From assembly GCA_000320545.1 (NCBI GenBank), contig ADNK01000872.1:27480-91479 (forward strand): a stretch of DNA of 64,000 nt, given 5' to 3'. Of the stretch, positions 1-13,617 are shown in pieces. The notes beneath the pieces are model-generated. The model searched no databases. It saw nothing but the letters and a program-made list of their open reading frames with translations, and was not told the origin of the DNA. Origin of the DNA: Bigelowiella natans CCMP2755 (taxonomy: Eukaryota > Protista > Cercozoa). Position 1 is the stretch's first letter. Each line of letters starts with the position of its first letter. The translations under genes and the position numbers were made by a program.

Positions 1-469
1 TGACAATTAACTGAAGAGTCTCTTACATTCTACAGTAAATAGAGCACAGTACCCGCATGTATGGTCCTCAATAATATGAAAATTTCAGCATTATTTGAAA
101 AATCGCAGCCATTTACCAGTTGAACAGGGCGAAAAGGATCCAGCAAGCGTTTTGAACGTAGCCATGAGGGTCGATGCCGCTGCTGAACTTTACTCCAACG
201 TTGGCCCCATTTGCCTCCAGCATCGGTGGTGACTAAAATCCAACATCATTTTGTGCATAAGAATCCTGCGAAAGGATTGTGAATGCTGCTTCTATATGTC
301 ATATATGCAACAATCCGGATATGTAATATAATCAACAACCCATATATTTGGAGGGAGTCTTCTCCAACATCGCCATCATGACCAAATTGTTGGGCCTGTA
401 AGTTACGCTCAAAACACTAACGATGGTGATGATCCACGCGACACCGAACACGCCATAGCATTCCATAGG
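1..469 (-). CDS. 5' part of a spliced gene running off the window edge; probable bipartite signal + transit peptide (secreted or plastid-targeted protein)
   Basis: MECYGVFGVAWIITIVSVLSVTY hydrophobic start, GT donor near 340, in-phase exon about 117-232 (VTTDAGGKWGQRWSKVQQRHRPSWLRSKRLLDPFRPVQL, Arg-rich). Start codon uncertain. Confidence 0.4.
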
Positions 470-1732
470 CGCCAATGATTTATGGATTCGGTATTGTGGA
501 TCCCGCCGACACAGCAGAGAGGACAAGCCGATCATCATTAACTACCGCCACCACACCACAGCTGCACCGATGATAAGGCAATTGTGCACCTCTCTCTCCT
601 CGATGCAGCCCCTTGTGCCGTACCGCAGACTGCAGAAACACACATGACACCGTAAAATTACAAAAAAAAAGGGGAAAATATCATTGTCTTTGTTTCATAG
701 TATATTTCATCCCTGTACTCCGACACAACGAGATAGCAAATAGTGATTCTTAATATTAAATGACATTATTATTGATCGTACGTCACATGTTTATTTTCTG
801 GATTCAAATAAAATGCCCTTCAAGCTTGGACAGCGGCCAAAAACTATTTTCTGGGGGTAATATTAATTCGGTTGAATCAGGACATCACGAGACTTGTCGC
901 AGAAAAATAATATCCTGTATTTTATATTATATGTGAGCATGAGATTTAAATATTAGAAATAGTTTTGCTTAGCGTCTGCCAAAATCGTATAGTAAAATAA
1001 GACGACAGAAATAATATTGCAAAGTGATGTGGAAACAGTGGTATGTGATACAATTCATCAATATTTAAAACCTGAAACTTACTTTGGTGAAGGCAACAAC
1101 AACCACTCAATTTAAATCCCAAGCAATTAATTTGCTGAAGGAGTATGTTTTCCTAAGATGTTTGCGTATATTCTTGAAAACATGTACAAATGTCCCATAT
1201 TCCTGTCCAACTAAATCCAAAAGAAACCCAAAAAATTCTGAAAATATCCCTTACCCAAAGCTTTCTTGGTGATATTTTTTTGGTCTATTAAACTTCATCG
1301 TATGTTTGAAGTTAACGACGTTGAATGTCATTTGTCACATACAAGAAATCTAAGGCATACTTTCGAGCGAAAAATATGGCGGGGAAACCGCAAAAATCTA
1401 TTTCTCGATTGAAAGCTGAGAGGGAGGTGTGTTTGTGAGCTTCTGATTCCCCTTCGTTCCCTTGCCTCCTCTCTTAAGGTTGACCTCCCAGAAGACGTAA
1501 TTTATTATTGTTAGAACGGGTTTTATGAGTAGAATCTGGATTTGAGGCGTACCATCCTTACATCCTTTCTTAAATTTTTCTTCTCCTGCTGTGTGAATCT
1601 TTCAGCACCTATGAGATGCTTAATTTGCTTGACAAATATTTTTGAAAAGTGGAGAGAATAGTCCAGAGAGAATAAATGGTTTATTAATTGTTCAAATTTA
1701 TTTTACCTTGAATTAATGTTTTCGTTGCAGAA

Positions 1733-3431
1733 ATGTCGAAGCTTGTCAAATCTTCCGATGAAGATCCTGAAGAGATCTTCGCCATCAATGCCAGGCTTGG
1801 AGAGGGATCTTATGGTGCAGTATTTAAAGCTCTCGACAAAAGAGATGGCACCACAGTGGCGATCAAAGTTCTTCAGGTTGAGAACGAAGATGCTGCTGAT
1901 CTTCAGAAGGAGATAAACATCCTTAAGGTTATCAAATATGTTCTGTGAAAGAACAATTTTATCTTTTGTAAAGAAGTGAAGTACGATCGTTAACTTTTTC
2001 ACATTATTAGGAGTGCAAATCAAAATACATCGTTGCATACCACGGCAGTTATGAAAAAGATGGAAGAATATGGATTGCTATGGAGTATTGCGGCGCTGGA
2101 GCCATTTGTGATCTCATGGCAATTTGTGAGCGTACTTTGGATGAGAAGCAGATTGCAATAGTTATGAAGCACTCTCTCTTAGGACTTGAATACCTTCACA
2201 AGCGGAAAAAAATCCACCGCGATATAAAAGCAGCTAACATCCTCCTGAATCACGAAGGCGACTGCAAACTTGCAGATTTCGGAGTCTCAAAAGAACTTAC
2301 AAACACACTTGCCAAGAGTAAAACTGTTATTGGTACGCCCTACTGGATGGCCCCTGAAGTTTTCACTGAAAAAAGGACTGGTTATGATGCGAAGGCAGAT
2401 ATTTGGTCTCTGGGAATCACAGCGATTGAATGTGCTGTCGGAGAACCACCTCATAGCAATGTCCACCCGATGAGGGCCATTTTCCTGATTCCAAAGAGTC
2501 CTCCCCCCACGCTTGGTGATGGAGATTGGTCAAGCGCGTTTAAGGATTTCGTGGCAAAGTGCTTAGTGAAGGATCCAAAACAACGCCCGTCAGCTACCGA
2601 TTTGCTAAACCACCCGTTCGTCAAAAATGCTCCAGGGAAACAAATAATGGCTAGCTTCGTTGACGAGTGCATGCAGATGATCGATGAGTATAGAAAGAAT
2701 GAAATGGAGGTAAATTCAACCATTTTTAGATTTTCAGACATTATAGATTACACAGTAAACAATACTCTTATACAGGCTGCAAACGACGACTCAGACGAGG
2801 ACGAAGATGAAGATTCCTCGTCAGATGAGTCAGATACGTCTAACACTGGTACTATAAAAAGAACAGGAAACGACGGCTTCAACACTGTGAAGGTAATATT
2901 ATACCTGCTACTGCGGCCTAGTATTCATGTGTAATTTTTTTGCTGTAGATGACGTCAGGGAACACTATGGGCACGATGGTGGATAAAGGCACAATGAGGT
3001 ATGATGCAGGCACAACTAACTTTGGAGGTACGACGAAGTTCGGAACCCAGAAATTTGGAGGCGATGACGATGACGAGGATGAGGACGAGGATGGCGATGA
3101 ATATGAGAACGGCACAATGAGAGTCGCTAAGAAAGTTGGAGCAACCAAGAAAGTGAACAATAGTACACAGCCATATTTCATGAAGCACTATCTCCAAGGG
3201 CTGGGTAGTGACGAAAAGGAGAATGACACGGGTTTTGTGGGATACTATCAGAAGGGCCAGTCATTACAGGTCAAGCCTGGTGCTTCTATTATAGAAATAA
3301 AGCAGCAGATAATACTCTTAAATGAAGCGAAAGAGAAAGAAATTGCAAAATTGAACAAATTTTACGACCAAGAAGTGGCAACGTTAAACGAAATGCTTAG
3401 GAAAAAGAATCAGGAAATTCAATCAACGTGA
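1733..3431 (+). CDS. STE20/MST (Hippo/Krs1-like) Ser/Thr kinase with C-terminal SARAH-like coiled coil; 4 exons
   Basis: GEGSYG, VAIK, HRDIKAANILL, DFG and the STE20 signature GTPYWMAPE; intron 1928-2010 rejoins ILK|ECKSKYIV; tail EIKQQIILLNEAKEKEIAKLNKFYDQEVATLNEMLRKK resembles SARAH. Confidence 0.92.
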
Positions 3432-3549
3432 AATTCCCCCATTACACGCACGTTTCCATTGAAAACGACATTGTAATTGGATAGACATTATATGGCAGAT
3501 TGAAGACCTTGAGCCCTGATTCATTCGTTATCAAGGTTCGGATCGTTTC

Positions 3550-4650
3550 CGAAGGACAAGTAGTCAACTTGATTGGTATCAATGCAGATTGTTCGATTGC
3601 AGTCCATGCCGTCAGCAATTATGAATCATTGTGCATCTCCATCGCACATTACAAATGACATAGAATTGCATTTGCGAGATAGGCTCAAGTAGATTTCTTT
3701 TGCTACTTGTCAGTCATCGCACAACTGTCAATGCTAGAATGCGAGTCCAAATGAACTATGCACGCACAATGTGAGACGGATGTAATGAAGTAATCAAATG
3801 TGTTCAATGGTCATCCTGATGTAGCTGTGCAAAGTGGCGGCTACAGCGCTCAAGTTGGATGCTGCAGACACAGTAGGTCTACATCCATTTCTAGTTTTGT
3901 CTCTGCTACCACATATTTCTTGCATGGTTGGCAAGAATGTCTTCGTTTGCACATGTGAACTGTGAAGTGTGGTTGCAGCAGCAGCAAGCTGTGTTTGCCG
4001 CCAAGCTGCGACAAGCAATAACCCTAGCAGAACCATGCATGACGAGAAAATGAGATGAAGCCGAAGTGCAAGCGATGCGATGCGACTTTGCTAGTTCATT
4101 GGCAGCACAGCTCGCGCATCGCAGGCAATTGGAGCCATTCTAGCATTGTTGTGCATGCTGTGTGCTAGCTCATGGCACATGCTAGCATGATCGATGATGC
4201 GATGCACATGCGCACACATCATGTCACCATGCATGGATCTGAGATCAGCATGCACATTCATCTAGCTAGTAGCTAGACATGCATGTGACATGTATACATG
4301 ACACACTGGCAAACGCTAGAACGTGTGGTCCGCACATGCACAGACGTGCCTAAGACTTGAGCTAGTTGAGCCATGAAACAATGTTGATCCAATGGAAAAT
4401 GTGCTGCACGATGCTGGGGAATGTCTTCAATTCATTTGATCAACAACTTGGTCATCTCTAGATCTACATGATCATTTTTGGCGCATTTTCCTTTGTCCAA
4501 ACTAGCAAACGCCACGCAACTTGCACATGCACAACAAACTAACCATGTGTGGCATCAGAAACCCATGCATCAGTTTCAGACAAAATGTTGTGGTTATGTT
4601 TTGCAGAACAATGATGATCAAAATTGTTTTTCAAAATTTTGCAACAAATG
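3550..4650. other. Palindromic-tetramer-rich (CATG/CTAG/TGCA) intergenic zone between convergent 3' ends
   Basis: Dense purine-pyrimidine alternation; CATGCTAGCATG at 4178-4189 and CTAGACATGCA at 4273-4283. Confidence 0.8.
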
Positions 4651-4660
4651 CCACAGAAAA

Positions 4661-5511
4661 TCACTTTTCTGTGGCATGCATCACATACTTCTCCACAAGT
4701 TGTTTTAGATAACTTCGTTCCTTCGATGTAAAAAACACAGTGACGTCATGGATCTTTCCACTTTTTGATATCAATGCATACTTCATCCAGCGCTCGTAAA
4801 ATTTTTTCGTGGCTTTCTTTGCTATTGACTTATATGCATCTTTACTTACGTCCTGATGAGATTTAAGTGCTTTCTTCACTTTTATTGCTATTGCAATCTT
4901 GGCTTCTTTCTGTTGTTGATGGCTCGGTTTTCGATTCGACTTTTTCTTGTCTTTCTTTTTTGATTTCTTTTTTTTCTTTTTAGAGACGGATACATCGTCG
5001 GGTTCTTCGTTATAACCGTCGAAGTCCTTATCTACGTCCATAGAAGATTGATCTGAATCTTTAACAATAATGTTACTGTTTAATTTGTCCACGATATCGC
5101 TCGTATCATGCTGAGAAAGATCAGATACCATATTCTCATTCTGCTGCTGGCTTTGTTGATTCGTGTTTCGTTGGAAGAAATCTGATTGCATATCAATTCC
5201 AATGTGCTTCTGCTGCTGCTGCTGCTGCTGCTGGTGGTGGTGCACACCTGTATGGCCCCTGTTTAATTCTCGGTTTGATTTGCTTCGTTTCGAGATATCA
5301 CCAAGAATACTTGCGTCTCCTGTCTTGGACAAATAATTTCCTTGTTGCCTTTGATTACAATCTAGATCTTCCGTAATATTCTTGTGTGTGTATTTTCCTG
5401 TTTCAACACCTTTGAACTCGCTGCCGGTACTTTTTACCATTTTCTTATTGTCTCTTAATTCAATGTTCTCTGCTTTTGCGTCGTCGTTTGATGGGGGTAT
5501 GCTGCTGCTGT

Positions 5512-5544
<33 letters not shown>

Positions 5545-7543
5545 AATACTTCCTCCGACTTGCATAGTCGACTCTAGAGCCGAATGTTCCCCTCCCATCA
5601 CGACCGTAACGATCAGGAGAACGTCGACGTCGTCGATTGCCATTTTTTTCTTCTTCAAAAGCTCTGTCCCTGGTTATTCTCCTATCTTGATATTCTACTT
5701 TTCTTCCCTCAGTTCTTCGATCATAGTCACGACGTCGAGATGATCGATCATCGTACCCACGTTGTTGGTCATAATCGTTCTTATTTCCCCACGATTCTGT
5801 ATATCTCCCACCAGTTTCTGTTCTGTTTGAATGATTTCTATTGTCTCTTCTTCTTGTCCTCCTGTCTGTCTCGTCTTCTGTGTACCGTCGCCGATGGGCC
5901 AGATCACTGCCGTACTCTGCCGATTCTTGCTTTCCATCTTCTTCAGTGTGTCGAATTCGTTCTCCTCTGTTTCCAGCGATTTGCCGCGCAGTAGTAATAC
6001 GATGAGAAGGGCTTCTGCTATTTCTGGAATCGCTGCGTCGGCGCTTTCTGTACACCAAAAATACTTTTTAGAACGAAGTCGTGCACATTCTTAGGTACAT
6101 CATTTTTCTGGTGATAAAAGAGAAATGGAAAAGGACAGATCACCTGATAGATGAATTTGTATCATCCAGATTTTTTTGTTTGAAGTTTGAGATAGTACTA
6201 GGATGTCCCGTTGGTGGGTTTTGTTTGGAGTTTGTGATAGTTGTAGGATGTCCCGTTGTTGCTGCTGCTGCTGCAGGTGCCGTTGCTGCAACTAATACTG
6301 AACTGTTTGTCTCCTTACCCGACGACAACAAAGATATGGTATTCATGCTAGATTTCTCTTCGGCCTTTCTTTCTTCTTCTGCCTTCTTCCTGCGCTCCTC
6401 TTTTATTTTCTTTATTATATTCTTGAGATCTCTTCTAGTCTTGATCATGTCTTCATCTTCATTACCATCTGTATTGGATTTCTGATGCATAGCTTCATAC
6501 TTTGAAAAGGGGTTAAAATTTCCCGTGTTACTATTGCTCAATGAGGGTGAGATACCTGCAGCAGTACGTGATGCAAATTCAGAGCAAGGATTCGACAATT
6601 GCTACACGACGAGAATATTGTTGGAGTCACCATTATTTGCAGCTGCATCTCTTCGAAAGCCATGAACATTTTGGTGCTGAGAAGGGGTTTTCCATTAGAC
6701 AGCAAATGAAAAAGTGGCCAGGATATGTTATTTTCGTTCGAGACGCACCACCTTGATATTGATGTTCAGAGTGTGTCCGTAACTTCCTTCCTCAACACGG
6801 AAATTTTGCTGCCTGTGTTGGCTTAAGGCTGGTGGCAACATTGAGGATTGCTTGTTTATCAAGGTTGAACTTACAAGAGCGGGACTGTCAGTAGAGGCTA
6901 CTGTTCGTGGAGCAGACGTTGACAGAGCCATTGAAGAAGTGTTGACACTTGATCGACGAGCAGACGTTGACAGAGCCATTGAAGAAGTGTTGACACTTGA
7001 TCGACGAGCCCTTTGCAAACGCTCCAGGAAGTCGGTGTAATAAGGTCCTTTGGGAAATAAGAAAGAGAACATCTCATTACCCTTTTCTTTCTCCCTCACT
7101 TTTTCAAGAAATGCGTCTCCATTGGGGCCTACTGCAAACCTAAATAAGAGGCAAAAAGCTAGTGTCGTACGAATCGATTTTGTTTCAGGTCATTGTGATA
7201 ATGATACCGGACAAGATGATCTATCTGCCTCAGAATTCTTTCCTTGGAGAAAACCATCCTTAACCCAATCTCGAACAAGATGTATTATTCTGAGTTCGAT
7301 TTAATAACTTCCCTTTTCCGTCCACAATGAGAAGTATTCAGATTCTCTTAATAAAGTTCTAGTTATTCCCGCTCAGTCTGATGTGAATGGAGAACAGGTA
7401 AGAACAAAAGGAGGAGGAAAGAGAGATTGGGCGCGCTCTAACGGTGATCAAAAGGAGGGAAATAACAGCTAGATCGTAACTGAAATGATCAACCCTGCAT
7501 CCCTGTCCAATAATTAGTGCGAAGACCTGTGGACATCAGCCAT
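4661..7543 (-). CDS. Spliced RS/RD-rich nuclear protein with N-terminal SURP (SWAP) domain and C-terminal SRI-like (Pol II CTD-binding) domain
   Basis: GPNGDAFLEKVREKEKGNEMFSFLFPKGPYYTDF (SURP-like, about 7030-7135); RS/RD-rich middle; C-terminal KIAIAIKVKKALKSHQDVSKDAYKSIAKKATKK...LKQLVEKYV is SRI-like. 5' exons uncertain. Confidence 0.65.
6174..6258. repeat. Imperfect 45-bp coding tandem duplication (TGHPxTIxNxKQ twice)
   Basis: ttttgtttg.agtttg.gatagt..taggatgtcccgttg occurs twice with period 45. Confidence 0.75.
6910..7009. repeat. Perfect 48-bp in-frame tandem duplication (ARRSSVNTSSMALSTS twice)
   Basis: gagcagacgttgacagagccattgaagaagtgttgacacttgatcgac occurs twice. Confidence 0.95.
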
Positions 7544-7832
7544 TATTTATTTCATCAGCTGTGACGTAGATCGTGTCGCAGCACTAAATAACTAAGGTTA
7601 TATGAGATCAAAGAGAAAATCCGCTTTACAGATTGTCGTAGAAATGATTTGAATGGATCAAAGAGCCTTCATAGCTACTATCAATGTATACAATATGTCT
7701 TAATATCCTGAAGCATCCAAACAAATTCCCGCGTAAATAGAGCCAGGGCAGCCCAAAGCAACGATTTGCCACTCTCTACGACGAGAACAAATTGAAAAAA
7801 GAGGATAAAGGGGATAAAGAATAACGAGCGGG

Positions 7833-7880
7833 ATGAGAAACCAACAAAAAGGTCTCGATTAAAAAAAATTGGAATGAATC

Positions 7881-7923
<43 letters not shown>

Positions 7924-9614
7924 TTCTCTCTTTCTCCTTGTCTGTATTTCCTTCTGTCTGTATTTCTGCCTGTCTTTATCTAACTGCTTCTGGCTCTTCT
8001 CTGCGCCCTCCTATTTGATTGATTAAGTATATACCTTAACGATAAGGAACGTTCCTCCTAAATTTAGCAGAAACTTGTGTTTTTTGTAACTCAAGCCATC
8101 CAAATAAGCTGCTTATTTTATTTCAGGCAATGCGGGAGGGAATTCGGATCCCAGTATTTTGCCCTTCAAGTTTCTCTATCCGTACATAAAAGCAGGGTTG
8201 GATGCGGGAGATCTCGTGACAGCCACATTTCTGAGTGAAAGGCTTTACTATTTATACAAGTCTGGCGTGTCGAAACACAGGTCCGCCAGCTTTATATCGT
8301 AAGCACTACTTAATCATAAGTGAATAATGTATTTCTGTGATATGAAGTGACCGCGCGATATTGCTCTTGGCCATGTGTTACTTTCGGAGTGGAAAAGCCA
8401 ACAAGACGTACGCTCTATTAAGAGGCAGCATCGACACAAAATCTATTCCTCAACTCAAGTTCGTTTTCGCACAAACATGGTAATTCGGCAGTTGAACTTG
8501 GTCTAAAGTAGAAATATATAAGGCTTTGAATATTTTTTTGCTATAGCTTTGAGCTCAAGAAGTACAGCGAAGCTGAGAAAGCCCTCCTCGAAGATAGGAA
8601 TTTCATGGATGTCGTGAAAATGGGAGGCAGTGTTCCTCTTAAATCGCAAGGCTTCTATTTGCTCGGTCAAATATGCAGGTGACTTGTAGGCCAGTAAATA
8701 CCATTAGTGGAGCTTCAGATGTTGGTTTAATTTTTCCATGAAATCAGACGAACAAGTCGGCTTGATCAGGCAAAGCTCTGCTTTCGGCGTTGTCTCGAGC
8801 AAAATTCATTTCATTGGGGAGCTTACTCAGCTCTCTGTGACCTTGGTGACAACAAAATATACAAGAAGTCTGTATTTTTATTCACTTGTTGATGTCACAG
8901 GGGACGATGTGGATATGAAGAAATGGGCTCGAAGAGATGAGATTCCACATGAAAACTTCAGCAAATTTTTAGAATGGCTCTCGTTCGACAACACTTCCTC
9001 GAATTCAGGAATGCAGACATCCCAGCCACTTCCTGTATTTCAAGAGACCCTCGCTTCTGCATTTTCTCCCGTAACCATGGAATCCGGGACGGCACACAAC
9101 TTCAGTGATTCGTTGAACGATTTCCACGAGATTGAAAAACAGTATCTTGCTGGTGCAGCTAAGGTTGATAGCAGCACAAATATGACGACGACGATAGCAA
9201 AGGAAAACTTCCATACACCAAAGCCTCGCAATATTTCTACTGCTCTTCCTAGCTCTTTTACTAAAACTGGTTGTGATGCAAATTCAACTTCAAAATCTGG
9301 TGCGAGTACTGGACGACGGCTTCTGCCTGACACTCCTTTGACGCCAGCATATACCACACCTCCTGCAGCAGCAGCAGCAGCAGCATCATCATCGGTAGTA
9401 ACACCTATGGCAACTCCTCGGCAGTTTGGAAATACCAGTAGTAGAAGTTTTGCCAAACCGAGCACTCGATCGCACCGACGGACATCCCGAAACCAGGATA
9501 CACAGGTGGTAATGTTGTTACGTGACTGTTGTTGTTGTTATGCGAATATAAACTACTACTACCGCTACGACTACGAAGATGTAATCTTTTCGATTATTAT
9601 TGTCAGTGCTTTAC

Positions 9615-9650
<36 letters not shown>

Positions 9651-9982
9651 CACCTCCTGTTTCTACAATAACTAACATGTAGAAATTGCTCCTGTGAAGA
9701 ACGTAAGATATTTGGTTTTAGCCTGAATCTCGCCCCCTCCGACGGAGCGCACGAATAAGCGGGTCGTCGTCGTCATCAAGTAGTAGCAGAGGTTCCAACT
9801 CTCATCTGGATAGGACACCAGCACAAAGAATAATATCAAGGAGAAGAGGAGGATCTCGAAACGAAGTATGTGGGCATAGTAAACAATTTTAATTGTCCAC
9901 ACGGTGTACGCGTGCAATATGCCTACTACGTACGCAAGACACACATACACGTATACATTCCATTATAACTTACATGGATCAT

Positions 9983-10020
<38 letters not shown>

Positions 10021-12191
10021 GGGGGGTGCATGCGTGTCATTTTCATCCCCATCATTCCAACTCAAGGTTACACATTCCCCAGTTTTGCTTGAAGTAGCTA
10101 ATTTAGAACTTGTTGTTTGATAAACTCCAACTCCACAGAGAACGAAAAAGTCTAGGCAAAATTACACGAGAAGTTCAAGCCGTAGTAAAACTACGAGTAG
10201 TCAAGAAAGCAACTTGGGAGTAACTCCCACCAATAATGAATCTGATGGGAAGAAGAAGGGGAACAATGCTGAAACAACTCCAATTTTGGTTATTGGCAAC
10301 ACTTTGCACCCTTATGCATTCATTACTGTGGTGTGTTCTTTCATGTTTGCTTATGTGGATTTCCTCTCAACCTAAACTTAATAGTGTGTTCTACATATGC
10401 ATATGCTGCATAATTGCATACAGGGTGGTGCTGCTGGTGCTACTAGTTCGACTCCCGGACTTCCACAAAATGCTCCCATCAAGCGTAAGCTCATGATACT
10501 ACCGGGCAGCGGAGGAGGAGCTGGCATTAATACATCACATGATCAGACATCATCCGGAAAAATAAGCAGTAGCAGCAGCAATAACAAGAATTCTGGACTA
10601 CTAAGTTCTCGAGTGAAAACTGATAATATCTCGGTGGTTCCGTTTCAGCTCAATGATGCCTCTGCCGCTGCTGTAAGGACTGCCAAATCAACAGCAGCGG
10701 GTCAAATCATTAAAGAAAATAACGACGATAACGAAGAAGCAGAGGACTGCGGGGACACTAAAGATGGTGGAGGCGCTGCTTTTAGGCACAACATCGAAAG
10801 GATGAGGGATCTCCGTGTGCAAACAGCCTACCAAGTTGTCTTATTTCATTTTTCCAATTCCTTTTTTAGATTATAATTATTACTATTATTACTCTTATTA
10901 TTATCCAGACTTTGAGTGTCCATCTTTGATTCCATGATGATCCCCCCCCATATAGCAATTCGAAGACCTTCGTAATGTTCTTGGAACAATGGCACTTGGC
11001 TATAAACTTTTATGTCAATTCAAGTGCAAAGAGGCTGTTGAAAAATTCCAAGAGCTTAAAGCACCTCATGCACATTCTGGATGGGTTCTTTGCTGTCTTG
11101 GAAAATGCTACTTTGAAATGGTCAACTACCCGAAAAGTGTACAAGTATTCAGACTTGCTCGGCAGTTGGAGCCATATCGTTCTGAAGGGTTGGAGTACTT
11201 CTCGACTTCATTATGGCACTTAAAGAATGAGGTTCTTATAACTTGGTAGTAGTAGTAGTAGTAGTAGTAGTAGTCTTCATGGAATTTGTCTTTTCAGTCG
11301 CTCATTTTAGTCGGTTCAGAATAGTGATGAGCATTCATTATATTAAATAATAATCAGGTGGAACTTTCATACTTAGCACAGAGTGCTGTAGAATTTGACA
11401 AGATGTCTCCATTGACATGGATTGTGGTCGGAAATTGTCTGTCGCTTCAGAAAGAACACGACACCGCACTCAAATTTTTTCGGAGAGCAATTCAGCTCGA
11501 TCCTCACAATGCTTGGGCTTACACCTTATCTGCCCATGAATTTGTTGCCAACGAAGACTTTGAGAAGGCATTGTGCGGATTCCGACAGGCAATTGGCGAA
11601 AATCCACGCCATTACAACGCTTGGTACGGTATGGGAAATATCTACTTTAGACAGGAGAAGTATGATCTCGCCGCCTATCATTTTCAACGGGTACGTGTAA
11701 AAGAAGAAGAAGAATATGATCATGATGATGGTGATTAGTTCTGAAACAAAGTTAATAGATTCCATCTGAATTGACCACTAATGCAGGCGCTCAAGATAAA
11801 TAATAGAAACACCGTTCTCTATTGCTATCTTGGTATGGTACTTCATTCGAGCGATAAATGTGATGAAGCTTTGAAGAACCTAACAAAGGCTGAACAGTTA
11901 GAGCCAACGAATTCTCTTGCGAAATACCAAAAGGCGAATGTATTTTTCAGTCTCCAGAGGTATCATGAAGCGTTAGAAGTTCTGAATCAAGTTCGTGATT
12001 TTGCCCCTAGAGAAGCATCAGTTCATTTTCTTATGGGTAAAGTTTGCAAACGACTAGGGAGAATAAATGATGCGATTCTACATTTTACAACTACTCTGGA
12101 TTTGAATCCGAAAGATAAAAATGTTGTGAAGTCTGCAATCGATAAATTGCATTGTGGAGACAACGAGTCACAATCATCTGAGGAGTTCTAG
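7833..12191 (+). CDS. CDC27: Anaphase-promoting complex subunit CDC27/APC3 (TPR), multi-exon
   Basis: N-terminal ATFLSERLY motif; C-terminal TPRs GLEYFSTSLWHLK, WIVVGNCLSLQKEHDTALKFFRRAIQLDP, HYNAWYGMG, PREASVHFLMGKVCK. Start at 7833 is inferred from splice phase with the exon at 8127. Confidence 0.92.
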
Positions 12192-12259
12192 TGTTCCGCA
12201 GAAGTGCGAACCGACCGAAAAGCGAGAAATGTAATCTGGGTACCTTTCGAATTGAAAAT

Positions 12260-13560
12260 AATATGTCAAGATCTTACAGATCATTATTTTTTGTGGGTAT
12301 GTGTCACGTTCGTTGGTTTGGATGTGCAACGTTGTGACATTGCGCAAATCCTCGCTCTGATGCAGCAATTAATGCATAGCAGAAATACCAAGCATGGCTA
12401 GCTTAAACTTCCTCTTATGCCTGTGCTCTGCGGGACACATGTCTAGATGTTGCTAATGAGAGAGTTTGAATAGGACACCATCCTACATCTATATTGTTGT
12501 ATACCATTCGATTCGCATCAGACCGTAGCGCATCTGCATGCACGAGTCTAGATGTCCGCGTAGTATCAGTAGTACTAGAGTACATCCTCACAGAGCACCA
12601 TGTGACCATGTGTGTGCATGCATAGATCTTCAAGTACGACTACATGCAGCAAGATTTTGTTGCACTAGCATAGTTCGCCAATGTAATATGTGTCATATAT
12701 ATGTAGATTGCATGCTCTAGCACTCTCTAGCTCTGTCTGTAGTTACATTGCACTCGCACAACAGCTACTGATATAGACACGTTACATAGCTAATAACATG
12801 CGTACGCGTAGTAGGTGCCCTTGCGTTTCATGACGTCGCACACCAAACTAGCAAAAGCAAAACATGTGTGTGCATTGCACAACGCACAACACTGCATCTC
12901 TATCTAGATCTGTGGCACAGAAAGTACGGATGCAATTATGCACGACTAGATGAGATACGCTGATACGCTAGCATGATGGGCATGTTGCAGCACAAATTCA
13001 GCGACACGTACATACACACTTGAGCACAAAGTAATATCCATGTCAATTCCACGTGTCCATCACAATTAGTTAGGCTGCTGCTTTGAGAGCAATCTAGCAA
13101 TGCTAGCTAGCTAGAGCAATGCTAGACACCAGACACAACGGCCTATATGTACGTAGGCTTTTAATCAATTGCTATGTGTTTAGCACCGATGTGTAAAACA
13201 CGTCAGTACTGTGCTTATTTGATCATTATGTGAGCGTGCGCGCTCATTCTACGTGACATTTGTAGCTTATACTTGGGGTGTTTATAGGAATCAAGCTGCT
13301 GTTGCGGCGTCGCTCATCAATTTATCGATCTATCTTCTGCAAAATAGAACAGAAATAACAACGACACATCTAGACACATCCAACAACATAGATGTGCATG
13401 TATACTGGTCTGCATAGCCAAGATACTAGAGGTGATGCCGTAATGAGTCGATGTTCGACACGTATTTCCATGAAGATAAATTTTTAGATCAGAGTAGCTT
13501 ATAATACATTCAGCGAAGATTTTTTCGTACGATTGCTTCACTGCAATTGCACACTTAGCC
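12260..13560. other. Palindromic-tetramer-rich zone between convergent 3' ends
   Basis: Dense CATG/CTAG/TGCA/ACGT (e.g. gctagctagctag, acatgtctagatgt). Confidence 0.75.
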
Positions 13561-13617
13561 TCGTTTAGGTCACGGAATCATACTAGACTGCAGTGCTAAA
13601 ATTTTCATAGGGTTGAA

